Shown piece after piece: positions 31,723-45,301 of a stretch of 64,000 bases of DNA. How positions within the stretch are numbered: position 1 is the first letter of the stretch; each line of letters opens with the position of its first letter. This DNA is from the human T2T-CHM13v2.0 reference genome, Homo sapiens. The position numbers and the translations under genes are program-made. Location: NCBI RefSeq assembly GCF_009914755.1, contig NC_060936.1, one strand, 5' to 3'. The notes beneath the pieces are model-generated. The model saw nothing but the letters and a program-made list of their open reading frames with translations. It was not told the DNA's origin and ran no database searches.

Positions 31723-33125
31723 CAGCAGTTCTTGAAGTGTGGTCCGCGGACTTTTGGAGGTACCTAAGGCACTTTCCAGGGTCTACAGGATCAAAATCAT
31801 TTTCATAAAAATACCAAGATGTTATTTGCCTTTTTTACTGTGTTGATATTTTCACTACTGGTGCAAAAGCAATGGTGGGTCAAAATACCATGAATTGGGA
31901 CAGCGGTAATTGTATTCTTTATCAGGCACTCAGAGTTAAAAAAGCAAAATTGCTGGTTTTACTTAAGATGTCCTTGAAGGAGTATTTGAAAATAGTTAGA
32001 TTTCAGCCCTTGTGCACATGTCTTTAATATTTTGTGTGATGAAATAGAAAGTATGTATTAAGAACTGCTGCTGCATTCCTAAGTAGGATGGTTGTCTCAA
32101 AGAAAACACTTGTGTGATTGAGCTGTCAGCTGAACTAGGTGAATCTTTTCATGGAATATCATTTTTTATCTGACAGAATGACTGGTAAACAAACTATTGT
32201 TCAGATCTGGGTATTTGGCAGACATTTTCTCAAAATAAAGTATGCGAACCTGTCACTTAGGAAAATAACAGACAGCATTTTTGCCAATGATAAACTTTGA
32301 ATTTTCAAATGAAAATTAGAGTTTTGGAGGACTTCAGTCAGTCACTCTGAATCTGACATCTTTCCAACATTTAAAAGATGAGATTGGTGATGGTATTAAA
32401 AATATCATTTTTTATATTACATGATGAGATGTGTCAATATTCGGAAGAGCTGCATAACTCAGGGAACCATTATTTTCCAAGTGACCAATGCACGATGTTA
32501 AAACATTATGCATGGGTAAAATATTCATCTAATGAGCAAGATAGGCCACTGGATTTTAATGTAACAGAATATGAAAAGTTCACTGATATGGTTTTAGATT
32601 CTACATTGCACTGCAGTTTAAGAAACCATAATTTGCCAAGTTTTGGGTATATTATCAAAGGAGAATATCCACAATTATCTAAAAAAGGCTTTTTAAAATA
32701 CTCCTCCCTTTTCCCACTACATATATGCGTAAGGCCAGATTTTTTTTCCTGCATTCAACCCAAACAATATAGAGCAACACACTGATTACAGAAACAGATA
32801 TGGAAATCTAATTGTTTCAATGAAGATGTTAAATTATTTTAACACTAAGATACCCAATTAAAGATATTTGCAAAAATATAAAACAGTGCCAATTTTCTCT
32901 CTCTCTGTATATATGTATTTTATCTTGGAAAATATGTTATTTATTTTAACATTCAATAAGTTTATCAATGTTTTAAATAATAAATAAATATTTTAAAAAT
33001 ATCTCTGTTTTATTTTCTAATATGCTAAATATTGGTGGCTGGAACTACATAAAAGCTCTTTGAGGGTACTTAATACATTTTAAGAGTATAGAGAAATCCT
33101 GAGACAAAATGTTTGGAAACAGCTA
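31723..33125 (+). mobile_element. Charlie1a hAT DNA transposon (dead transposase remnant)
   Basis: Terminus cagcagttcttgaagtgtggtcc; 8-bp TSD gtttagat / gtttagct; ORF 32378-32785 contains hAT C-terminal-like 'EYEKFTDMVLDSTL...KGEYPQLSKK'. Confidence 0.85.
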
Positions 33126-33346
33126 GTTTAGCTGATCATAGTGAGGGAAGGGCTATTTTACTTATGCTAAACTGTACATAAGTAAAAACCAACATTTGTG
33201 ACATTTAATCCCGAGAAAAATGTAATTTATTTTGTTGTTTATTGATCAAAATATGCTTTATATATTTCAACCAAGGAACTTTTCCAGGGATCCCACATTT
33301 TATCAGAGTTCTTTGATTGAAAGCAAAATAAGCCAACTAAGGAAAC

Positions 33347-33775
33347 TGTATTAGTTTTCTATTGTTTTATAACAAATGACCCAAACTTTAGTGGCTTAAA
33401 ACAACATGTAATTATGATCTCACAGTTTCCATGCTTCCGTGAGTTGTAGAAGTCATGGAAGCTTGCTTCTTCAAAGCCAGTAAAATAATCTCTTTCTTCA
33501 GAAAGCCTGTCACTTATTTTGAAGGGGTCACCTGATTAGGTCAGGCCAGCCAAAGACAATCTCCCCTTTAAATTACTTAAAGGCAGTTAAGGAGCTTAAT
33601 TGCATCTGTGAAATCTCTTCACTTTTGACATAATAAGTAACACTCATGGAAGTATGGTCCATCAGCTTTGCTGTATTGTTGTTAGAAGCAAGTTATAGGA
33701 CCTGCCTGTTCACAAGGAGAGGGGATTACACACGGAGTGAGTCACTAGGGTTCATCTTAGAATTCTACCTTCCTT
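33347..33775 (-). mobile_element. MLT1-like MaLR LTR
   Basis: 'tgtattagttttctattg...aactttagtggcttaaaacaaca'. Confidence 0.65.
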
Positions 33776-33973
33776 AGCAAACTAAACAAATAGGGAATTT
33801 ACTGGAAGTAAAGGGGATAGCCACACAATCAATGGAATGGCTAGAGAACTGGCATGAGAAAGGGCAGGAAACCCTTTCCATTTCCTAAGAGCTATCAAAG
33901 TCCTGTTTTTTTGTATCTAGAAAAGTATTAATTGACTAGATTATCTGGCCAATGTGCCACAGCTAAATGAATC

Positions 33974-33976
<3 letters not shown>

Positions 33977-34008
<32 letters not shown>
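33977..34008 (+). repeat. (TG)n microsatellite
   Basis: Directly visible. Confidence 0.95.
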
Positions 34009-34012
<4 letters not shown>

Positions 34013-35311
34013 AAACTTTGTGTCCTTTTACTCAAAGTTAAAAATTTTATCCCTTGGCTAAGAGGGCAGAGCATCTTGAGTAACAGCTCCCAAAAGACTA
34101 CCCACGTGGGAAGAGATGATGTGAGGTGATGACCAGTAGAGGAAAATGCTGGAAAGCCACAAAACAAATGTCCCCCAAAGTCATCATAACCAAAGATTTT
34201 ATATTTTTTCAAAGTGCAAAGGCAGAGAAATATTATCCTTCAACAATGTAATAATAATTTAAAATCTGGCAAATCCTTTATATATATGAACTCAGGTTTT
34301 GAAAATTCTTCTAAGTAGATGATTAATATATATCCTCTGGCTTTATTAATGACAGAAATCTTATTGTTGTATTTTATTTATTGTTGCTACACAAGAAGGA
34401 CAGATAGCTTTCCATGTTTTAAAACAGAAAGATGATTTAGGTATTCTTTGCCCCTATATTAGTCCTTTTCAGAGAACCACTATCCAGTCATCTGGCTCTT
34501 ACTTTCCACATTACTTTTATCCTATGTTTGAGATGGTATCTGCTGCCCCAATTTTCTAGCCTTCACATCTTCCATCGTTCCAAGAGCTTCCAAAATCTCT
34601 TTCTCTATCAAAAAGACAAATGTTTATATTCTCCTGACTCCAGCTGTCGACAGCGTGGCTCATAAGATTCACTTACCACTGTTTATACAAAATAGTATAA
34701 TTTCAGATATTTTAATGACAGGTTGGAGTCAACCTTCCCTTTAGTAAGCAAAAACATAACTCATGCCAGATTCCAAGCATTCTGGAAGTCAGAGCTTACA
34801 CCTGCATTTCCAGGGATTCCTGGCCAATTTGTAGTTTCACCATCAACTCCCACTCTGAAGTCCTGCTTCCGTGCAATTCTTCCTCTCCCTGCTAATTGGC
34901 TCACTACCTGTCAGGACTCCTCCTTCCATATGACTTCCAATGGCCGACGCTGCTCCACTTTCCAAAAGTACCACCAATATAACTGTGTAGCAAGCACTCC
35001 CAGAAGGGGTGAGGTGACACAGAGAAATCATGGCACAAAATGGGTTGTTTTTTTTTTTAATTTGAAAATGTGAATTTACTGCCTTGTCTCATCATCCACA
35101 GCCCAGTTTGCTTCATGGGCATTCCCTCTCCCACCAGGCACTCAAGCTCTCTTACTCCTCTCTGGAATGTAGTCAGGCAGCGTTTAGTAACTATATCCAG
35201 AGATGAAGTCATTGAAAAAGGTAACTGAACTTTGTAATTAATCACAGGCACAAGGTATACATCTTAAAAATATATGTACGTTTCTCTAAAGCACTAGGAA
35301 TGTCATTGTGT

Positions 35312-35681
<370 letters not shown>

Positions 35682-36239
35682 TAAAGAAAGATTAAGCTAT
35701 GCACATGCTACACATATAATGTATGTGTGTGTACAAATATAATGTGTGGATGCTTTTGTATGTATGTACACATATGCCAAAATGTGTATGTATACATGTC
35801 TCCACTTCATCTTTTTTTTTCTTCTTCTAATATTGCTGTGGCTTTCTATTTTGTATCTGATGGAAATCTGGAAAGACTTTCTCAAGAAAGTGAAAGAGGA
35901 ATTTCTGTAAATTTAGATTGATCTTCTTTATTTATTTAGATTGATCTAGTTATTCTGTACATCATGGTTTCTGTTTTAGTGTGTATATACTACTCAGTAT
36001 TTTTCCCTTCTCTGCAGGAAAAAAAATGAGTTTGTTCTCCCTCTCCTTCCTCTTATCTCTCCAGCTAATTCTCTTATTTCTTTTTTTATTCTCTCACACT
36101 GAGGTGTTTTTTGCAGACTTTATCACAACCTGACAATGTTCTCAATGTTTCCTTTGATGCTGAGTTCTTTTTAAAAGACGTATGAAATGTAAAATCTCCC
36201 TTCCTTTCCCAGATCAATATTTGAAATAAAAAGCAGGGC

Positions 36240-37260
36240 AAACACCTTCAAAACGAAAAGTCTCCTGTTTCCTGTTGCCTATTCCAGCAGCAGGACTTGG
36301 GTTGCTTGCCGTTTTTCCTGCTTTTCATTTCCGAGGAGGCAGGAGCACCTCAGATGCTCCAGGGAATTGTTGATTCCAGAGAGAATTGCTGATGGGTGTA
36401 GCACCCCCTGGGTGCGTGCATCGAAGCTGTGAACAAATCCCCCCTTTCCTCACTAGAGTCTCTACAGAGAAATCACCTCAGCCCATGTATTCTGTGACAG
36501 CTGAGGATGGCAAATGTGGGAGCAATGTGGGCTTCTCCTGGTGCTAAGTCTGAACACAGAGCATAGGCCTTGCCTCAAATGTTTGCAAACATCCGTGTTA
36601 ATGCTCAGCACGCCACTTTACACCGAAGGAGTCACACCAGTGTGACACACGACTTCAAGACTTCTGAGGAGCTAGAAAGGAAGTTTATGTATTTGAGGCC
36701 TTTCCCTTGGCTTCACTCCATTTAGAACTGGGTGACTCAAAATGACAAATAAGGTGTAGTAATGAAGACAAAAAGCTTCTTTAAAAAAATTATTGTTAAT
36801 CCACTTCTCTTTTTGACCTCTGAACAGCATTATACTAGGGAGTTTACCCAGTCCTCTCAGTGAATAAGCTTGTGCTGAAATCCTGTGTTCTCAAGCTGGC
36901 ATGTTATGTTGAAATGCTTTCAAGTTACATAAACGCCCACACTTACTAAGTGCAATTCCCTAATTGAGTCACTGGGAAGCAGCAGAAGTGAGCAGCACTG
37001 TGGTCCTGTGACACAGTGACAGTACAGAGAACTGTTTCCCCAGGAGCAACTCAAGTCTCACCACCTGCTGGGCTCCCAACTGTTCATATATTCAACCTAT
37101 GGTAAAGAAATACAGAAGTAGGATTGCCATTATCATCCTCAGTATCGCCTTAAACTCTTACCAGTGTATCTGAATTGCATTTGTCTGCAAAACCAGCAGG
37201 CCTGCAGGCCGATATTAGAGTCACTTTCTTTCAAGGAAAGAGGAAAGTACTCAAAATGAC
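36240..37260. promoter_or_regulatory. Candidate enhancer/promoter island
   Basis: Repeat-free; AP-1 TGACTCA 36733 and TGAGTCA 36965, PAR-bZIP/NFIL3 TTACATAA 36925, partial CTCF-like site ~36398-36414. Confidence 0.35.
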
Positions 37261-37447
37261 AGAGTAGGTATGTCAGAGGACAGTAAAGGAAAAACCTCTC
37301 TTTTCTTTTCTACATTTGGATACTAGTTAATAGGATAACTTTGGAATGAGGGAGATCAGGTTCCAACTCTTGCTCTGCTTCTTGTGTGGCCCATTTAAAA
37401 GCTAATCTTTATAAATCCCCTTATCTGTAAAAATGGGTATAATAGTT

Positions 37448-37960
37448 ATGTGGAACTAAATGAAAATCTACCAAATGAGAAAAAGAAAGGCTAGTTGTTC
37501 CAAGCTTGCTACAGCAAGGGAGTCAGCCACCATCACTTAACATTTTAGCAGAGACTCAAAGGCACGCAGGAGAGTGGGAAAGCATTATAGTGGAAAACGG
37601 GAAGGCTTCAGCTCTGCCCTGATTGGAGGCTGTTGCATGGGGAAGCTATAAGCAGGCCAGCTAGAGGTGGGGCACCCTGCGTGATTGGTTAGGGGATGTA
37701 TTTTTGATTTTCTGTGGTTGGTGTTAACTTGGAAGTGGGGCCAAAATTAGGGAAGCTGTCAGTAATTAAGTCTTGTCAGTTTGGGGCCAGTTGTTACAGA
37801 AATGATCATTTATCTTCCTGGATTGTCACTGGAGATAGCAATCTGGTTTCCTGCAAGTCTGACTTATAGCAGGCTGGCTTCCTGGATTGTTTATTACAGA
37901 TAAGGGGTTGGTTTCCTGGGCAAGTTGCTACCGGTTGTAGGTCAAAGTTCTATTTTATTA
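37448..37960 (-). mobile_element. ERV LTR-like element (family uncertain) within a MIR
   Basis: LTR-like composition with reverse CCAAT boxes (gattgg); flanked by MIR pieces. Confidence 0.5.
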
Positions 37961-39478
37961 TTTTCATTTTTATTTCTCATTTGTAAATTCAGTTTCAATG
38001 AAGCATTCATCAGAGAGCAGTCATGTAGCAGGTGCTCAGTAAATAATATAACTCATCAAGTGTTTGAAACCACTGCTATCTGGTATGTTTTTCTTGATCT
38101 CAGTGTTGGAGTCTTGGATTAGAAATGGGCAGATGTGGAGAAGCTCAGGTTATGTTGATATATCCTGGTCATTTTCTGTGGAATTATGCCAGCGTTGGAA
38201 TGGTGTAGCAGTTATAGGCCTAATACCTCTGAATTCCTTAGGAAAGTCTGAAACTGCCATCCCATTCATTTCTCTTCTAGGAACTGTTAAAGTCCAAAAG
38301 AAACTCCAGGGCTCTAGTAAGTCTTTAACATCATGTTGAGTTCAGGATGTATTCTTCTTGGAATATCAATGAGTTTAAAGGCATCTGCAGTTGTTAAAAA
38401 CTCAATAATAAGAACCTTTAAAAGATGAGAGACAAAGCACCTCATACTGAACAGGTGGTGTCTCGTTCATCATAGTATCCCCAGCATGTAGCACAATCCC
38501 TGGAACATAGTGTACATTTAATCAGCAGTTGAATGAATGAATGAATGAATGAATGAATTTCCCAACTTATATCAAATAGCTATTGTGGTGATAGTAGACA
38601 TTACCTTTCCTATTATCTGCTATGTCATTTGGATATTCCTGTATGTTCTTTTTTCACCAGTGCTCCCAATATCTGATTGAGTTAAAAATAATCAAATGAT
38701 TCATCATAGAACTTATACAAAATCAAAAATGACTATTTTGGTCACTTCATGCTCCAAAAATGCTGAATTCAGGAAAGAATGTGCCAATGAACACATTAAA
38801 TACAATTTTAAAGCCTTGTTCAGTGAACAGGAAAGAAAGGTGACATGGTGACATAAAGTAGCTTCTTATTAGTGTCAGTGTGAAGTGGTGCCAACTTTGA
38901 ACTCTAAATGCTAAATTTCTTCCAGTGATTTAACAGAAATATGTTCCAAGCCAGTTGGTTCACACAACCTCTTAGGAACTGTATATCTCAAAGTGACAGG
39001 CAGAGCTTCTTGCATTTTGTGTAGCAGAGACCCTGGAGACCAGGATTTCAGAGAAAAGAGACCCGGCCTAGCATTCAGCCATTACTAGTGTGCACTTCAT
39101 CCTCCAAACATCCATTTATCCATCCATTTCCTCGTTTATTCATTCTCTTAAACAGCATTGATTGGACACTGAGAGCTTCCCAGGCACTAGAGATGCAAAG
39201 TGAATCTATTGTTCCCACCCTAAAGAACCCAAGCATATGATATGAAATCGATGATGAACACAAATGCAGCTAGAGACAAGATCTGACAGAACTTATTCAT
39301 TCAATTACACTATCTAGGCTATACAACAATGACTAAAGTCTCTACCCTTAAAGAACTTGTACAGCAGAAAATCATGGACACAAATATACAAGATCAAATA
39401 TGATAAGAGTTTAAGAGAAAAAGCACATTGTCCTTCCAGTGTTTCTACCACCCATCCCTTCCATTCCAGCCTCATTGA

Positions 39479-39805
<327 letters not shown>

Positions 39806-40686
39806 CCTGTCTGCCCTTTTAAAGTAAGTCTTCCCAATAATATTGTTCTTACTTTACAAATGAGGAAATAGCAACTGGTATGGCCTGTCATTTGCCTAAG
39901 ATCATAGCTAGTAAGTGGTAGAGCTAAAATTCAAACCCACATCTGCTTTATTTATGTGTCAGTACTCATTAAATTAGTCATCCCCTGAATCAGAATGGGG
40001 TTGGGCTTGGGGGGTCTCCAAATCTGCAAGTTTAATAAGTAAACTTCCCAGATGGTTCTTTCTGATTTGCGTTAAAGTATGAGAACCACTACTCCTTGCC
40101 CCAGTTCAACTCCTCAATACCTCTGGCCTGGATCATTGAAATAGACTCCAGATGTGTTTCTTGTCTCATTCTCAGCCTCTTCTGGTCATTATAATTTTAT
40201 TGCTCAGAAATATCCAGTCCCTATAAAAATCTACCTCTTTATGCTGGCATTGGATTTCCATCTTCTGTTGTCATCTATTCTTCTAGCCTGGGATTCTTTG
40301 CTTTCCTCCCAGGAACTAATTTCTACAGCCATACTTTGCACTTAGAATACACATCGGACTTTCTCATCTCCCCTTGCTTTCCCAACATCACTACCCCAAA
40401 TACCTTCTTGCATTCCCACATCTCCAATAATACTTCTTATTCAAAACCAGCTTCACAATACACAAATGATTTACTATTCATCACTAAAAGGAGCTAAAAT
40501 TCCTTCCTATAGTCACCTTACTATTTTAATATTATATGATATTGTTATACATAATATGCTATATATAATTATATAAGTATAGCTAGGTATATATAGTTAT
40601 AGTTTTATATTTTTTTAATATATACATCAAATTTTCCTTTTTACTATCATGGTACATGGAAATTAGGATGCTTTGAGATCTAACCC

Positions 40687-40904
40687 TTTCATGCCAGGGT
40701 AATACAATAAGTTTATTAATCATTGGTATGCTATTCTATTATCTGTGCATGCATTTGCACTATATTTTTAAACATCATTTAAAAAGCCATTTGTTTCAAC
40801 TTTTAACATTGGAAAGCAAGAACTCAGAGAAAAAAAAAGATCAAGTTTTAAAAACTTTCAGTTATTGATTTGAAAAGATATCTCAACATTTCACCTCTTC
40901 TAAT
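40687..40904 (+). repeat. Older diverged copy of 42346-42555
   Basis: Colinear match 'tacaataagtttattaatcattggtatgctattctattatctgtgcatgcattt...cacctcttctaat'. Confidence 0.93.
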
Positions 40905-42114
40905 TTCACCTCTTTCTGACTGGAGGCAGGCCCTCAGAAAATAGGCAGGAATTTAGACTTGGAATTCTTCTGTCTTTCCCTTAGCTCCACACCTTTACAA
41001 TAGCTTAGAGTGAGATACACAGAAATCAAAAGGAAATCAAAATTCACTTTAGATCGATAAACAAAATAAACACAGATATTTGCCCTATATACAAAACAGG
41101 TCAATAATAAATTGCATCAGCATATAAATTCTAAAATAAAGGGTCAAATTAAGAACTATATCGCAGAGTGTAGACCATAAAACAGCAGACTTAATAATAT
41201 GAAAAAATTAAATTCTTGTATTTTTAGTCTTATGTACTGTAGCTACTACTCACAGTTTAACACTATTAAGAAGTAATTTTTGCAGATCTGTGAGTACCTT
41301 CTCTTAAAGACAAATGCCTAAAACTTTTGCTGATTTTTAAATAGAATTGCATATTACCAGAGAAAAATAAGTATACTATTTGAAGTTTATTGTTCTTCTA
41401 ACATGGAACAAGTTCCTATGGAGACAATTTTGGTAGGGAAATTATTAGCTTTAATTCATCATTTGTTCTTCATAAAGAACTAATAACTTTATTAGTTATT
41501 TCATAATTCATAATATTTCATAATATTTCATAATAACTAATAACTAACATACAGAACTAACTGCATATTTCCAAATCATGTATTTACATTTACTCACATA
41601 TTTCCTAAGAGACTGCCAATTTATTGGCACAGGTTACGATCAGTAACTTCCATTAGGAAATAAGGATTTCCAGTTTACTATATTATATTGATTTGCACAT
41701 AATTAACCTTCATATTAACTTTTTTAGGAAATGTAACTTTCCACATGGTTCAAGAAATAATTACTTGATATGTGGCAGTGACTAAGCTCCTGGAGTCTCA
41801 CTGTATGAAGCAACTAATGCTGTGCCTTTTCTTCTGACAGATACAGTTAATAAATACTGTGTCTAATCATTGACATTAACAAATTCTCTTAATCCACATA
41901 TCTGCAAAAGAACAATGTGTTTTTATATCTAGGCCACTATCATCTTTTGGTTGCAAACAGTAATTTGTGCAATGATGTTGTAGCAGTTTTTCAGTGTTAT
42001 TCCATGAATCAATAGTCTTCTTGGTGGACTTAGTTTATGGTGCTGAATCAATCTCCTTTTAAGCAAGGCCTTGTTAAAAGTCTTCACACATTTAAACTAT
42101 TTTGTTTCCACTTC

Positions 42115-42248
42115 ATTTCCTTGGTTGAATAACACATTGAGATACGGTTGTAAGAACTAGGAAACAGAAATTACCAACTTTATTTCCTTGGTTGAATAAC
42201 ACATTGAGATACAGTTGTAAGAACTGGGAAATAGAAATTTCCAACTTT
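42115..42248 (+). repeat. 67-bp tandem duplication
   Basis: 42115-42181 vs 42182-42248, about 4 mismatches. Confidence 0.95.
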
Positions 42249-42343
42249 ATTTCTAAACTCTGCATGGATAAACCTGTATAAGTCTCTTAACCCATAGGAG
42301 TGGCAGAAGAAATGACCGTATCTTGTGAGAAGAAATTAAGATA

Positions 42344-42775
42344 TTTTTCATGCCATAGTAGTACAATAAGTTTATTAATCGTTGGTATGCTATTCTATTA
42401 TCTGTGCATGCATTTACACTACATTTTTCAACATCATTAAGTAGCCATTTGTTTCAACTTTTAACATCAGGAAGTAAGAACCCAAAGGGAAAATACTTTT
42501 TAAAACTTTGAGTTATTCATTTGAAAGGATATCTCTACATTCCACCTCTTCTAATACATGTATTGTTATGTGTGACATCTGTGACCTTTGATGTTCATAG
42601 TAAATAGGTAGAAATTTCTTTGAATCACAATTACTTTAGTGCAACTAGAAACTTAGAATGTGGCCTGAACTGGAGTGAAGCTCTGCTGCTTCTGATATTA
42701 TCCATTTGCTACTATCATTAGAAATGTAAATTATCAAGTAACCAGATTATTTTATTATTATTACTTTTAAGGGTA
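42344..42775 (+). repeat. Left copy of the ~432-bp duplication flanking MER11
   Basis: Matches 43854-44291. Confidence 0.97.
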
Positions 42776-43852
42776 TATCGGGGAACCTGCCCCAATATTC
42801 ACATAAGTTCTTTTCTATTTTCCTTAAGCATCGGCCAGCTTGAGAAATAAAGGGACAGAGTACAAAAGAGAGAAATTTTTAAGCTGGGCGTCCAGGGGAG
42901 ACATCACATGTCGGTAGGTTCCGTGATGCCCCACAAGCCACAAAAACCAGCAAGTTTTTATTAGGGATTTTCAAAAGGGGAGGGAGTGTGCAAATAGATG
43001 TGGGTCACAGACATCAAGTACTTTACAAGGTAATAGAATACCACAAGGCAAGTGGAGGCAGGGCGAGATCACAGGACCACAGGACCACAAGACCAGGGCA
43101 AAATTAAAATTGCTAATGAAGTTTCGGGCACCATTGTCATTGATAACATCTTATCAGGAGACAGGGTTTTGACAGCAACTGGTCTGACCAAAATTATTAG
43201 GCGGGAATTTCCTCTTCCTAATAAGCCTGGGAGCACTATGGGAGACTGGGATCTATTTCACCCCTGCAGTCTCGACCATAAAAGATGGCCACGCCCAGCG
43301 GGGCCAGTTTAGAGACCCACCCCCAGGTGTGTATTCTCTTTCCCAGGGATGTTCCTTGCTGAGAAAAAGAATTCAGCAATATTTCTCCCATTTGCTTTTG
43401 AAAGAAGAGATATATGGCTCTGTTCCGCCCGGCTCACCGGCGGTCAGAGTTTAAGGGTATCTCTGCTATTCCCTGAACAATTTCTGTTATCCTGTTCTTT
43501 TTTCAAGGTGCCCAGATTTCATATTGCTCAAACACACATGCTGTACAATTTGTGCAGTTAGTGCAATTATTACAGGGTCCTGAGATGACATATATCCTCC
43601 TCAGCTGACAGGATTAAGAGATTAAAGTAAAGACAGGCATAGGAAATCACCAGGGTATTGATTGGGGAAGTGATAAGTGTCCATGAAATCTTTACAATTT
43701 ATGTTTAGAGATTGCAGTAAAGACAGGCATAAGAAATTATAAAAGTATTAATTTGGGCAACTAATAAATGTCCATAAAATCTTCACAATCCACGTTCTTC
43801 TGCCATGGCTTCAGCCGGTCCCTCCGTTTGGGGTCCCTGACTTCCCGCAACA
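42776..43852 (-). mobile_element. MER11 (HERV-K11/HML-8) solo LTR
   Basis: Minus strand begins TGTTGCGGGAAGTCAGGGACCCCAAACGGAGGGACCGGCTGAAGCCATGGCAGAAGAACG and ends GGGGCAGGTTCCCCCGATA. Confidence 0.93.
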
Positions 43853-43853
43853 G

Positions 43854-44291
43854 TTTTTCATGCAATAGTAGTACAATAAGTTTATTAATCGTTGGTATGC
43901 TATTCTATTATCTGTGCATGCATTTACACTACATTTTTCAACATCATTAAATAGCCATTTGTTTCAACTTTTAACATCAGGAAGTAAGAACCCAAAGGGA
44001 AAATACTTTTTAAAACTTTGAGTTATTCATTTGAAAGGGTATCTCTACATTCCACCTCTTCTAATACATGTATTGTTATGTGTGACATCTGTGATCTTTG
44101 ATGTTCATAGTAAATAGGTAGAAGTTTCTTTCCATCACAATTACTTTAGTGCAACTAGAAACTTAGACTTAGAATGTGGCCTGAACTGGAGTCATGCTCT
44201 GCTGCTTCTGATAGTATCCATTTGCTACTATCATTAGAAATGTAAATTATCAAGTAAGCAGATTATTTTATTATTATTAGTTTTAAGGGTA
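43854..44291 (+). repeat. Right copy of the duplication flanking MER11
   Basis: Matches 42344-42775 with ~12 substitutions and a 6-bp ACTTAG duplication. Confidence 0.97.
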
Positions 44292-45301
44292 AAAAACTCC
44301 AAATCATAGGGGCAACACAGGCTTATATTAAGGATATATTCTAAGGTACAAGACATGATCTGGAATGAGAACAGACTCAGTCAAATTCCCTACACCAATT
44401 TCTCTTACCTCTTACTTCCGAATCAGTGGGAATGTTCATTAAAATGCATCTACCTGGGCCTTATCTCAGCCTTCCTTAATTAAAATCTCAGAAAATGAGA
44501 TCTAGTAAAGAGTGATCTTTAGAAAGTTTTCCAAGTGACTCGAATGCTCACTAGCATTTGTGCACCACCTCCTTTCTGTACTTTCAGTCTTGATTCATTC
44601 ATTCATTGATTCAACAATAGTTATTGAGCTACTTTGCATTGTTCTGTGCTGGTTAGTGTGTGACGGCTAATATGAAACAAAAATACAGTCTCTGTTTCAA
44701 GTGTTTAGTTGGTCAGGGTAACAAGATGTGTCTTCACTATGTATGTATTAATACATAACCACTAGGTAGTTAGATCCAGGAGCAAAATAGCTGGATCTGA
44801 CCAGATTCTGTTCTGGTCAGACCAGTTGGATCCATTGGTCCAACCAATCTCTCCTGGTTATTACTTTATTTGATTATTAAGGCAGCTCTGTGGGATAGTT
44901 AGAATTTTATTTAATAGAAGAGAAAACTGAATCTCAGATCTTTAGAGATTCAAGATTCAGATTTACATGAAGAGTTAGTAATAGATCAGATTGAATGTCC
45001 AAGTTTTCTGGTTTCTAGCACAGTATTCTTATCATTACACCTATCTTATACCTCATATTATTTATTTTGTTAGTTACACTGAGACGGTCTAGAAATAGAA
45101 TAATTTTTGAAAGATGGCATTATTTCAGTAATGAACAGTTTAGGTGAAAAATAGACAAAAGAAATAATTTCAAATCAAATCAATACAACTCCCTTTCCAT
45201 CAATAAGTATTTTACATTTAGCTGCCAAGCCATCAAGCAAGAATTCTGTTCACTAAAAATGTGAGAGAAGTCCTACATATAGTGAATGTGTTAGGAGAAA
45301 A

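Noticed and set aside
32378-32785. 135-aa transposase-like ORF as a domesticated gene
   Set aside because: Frameshifted fragment of a Charlie1a element
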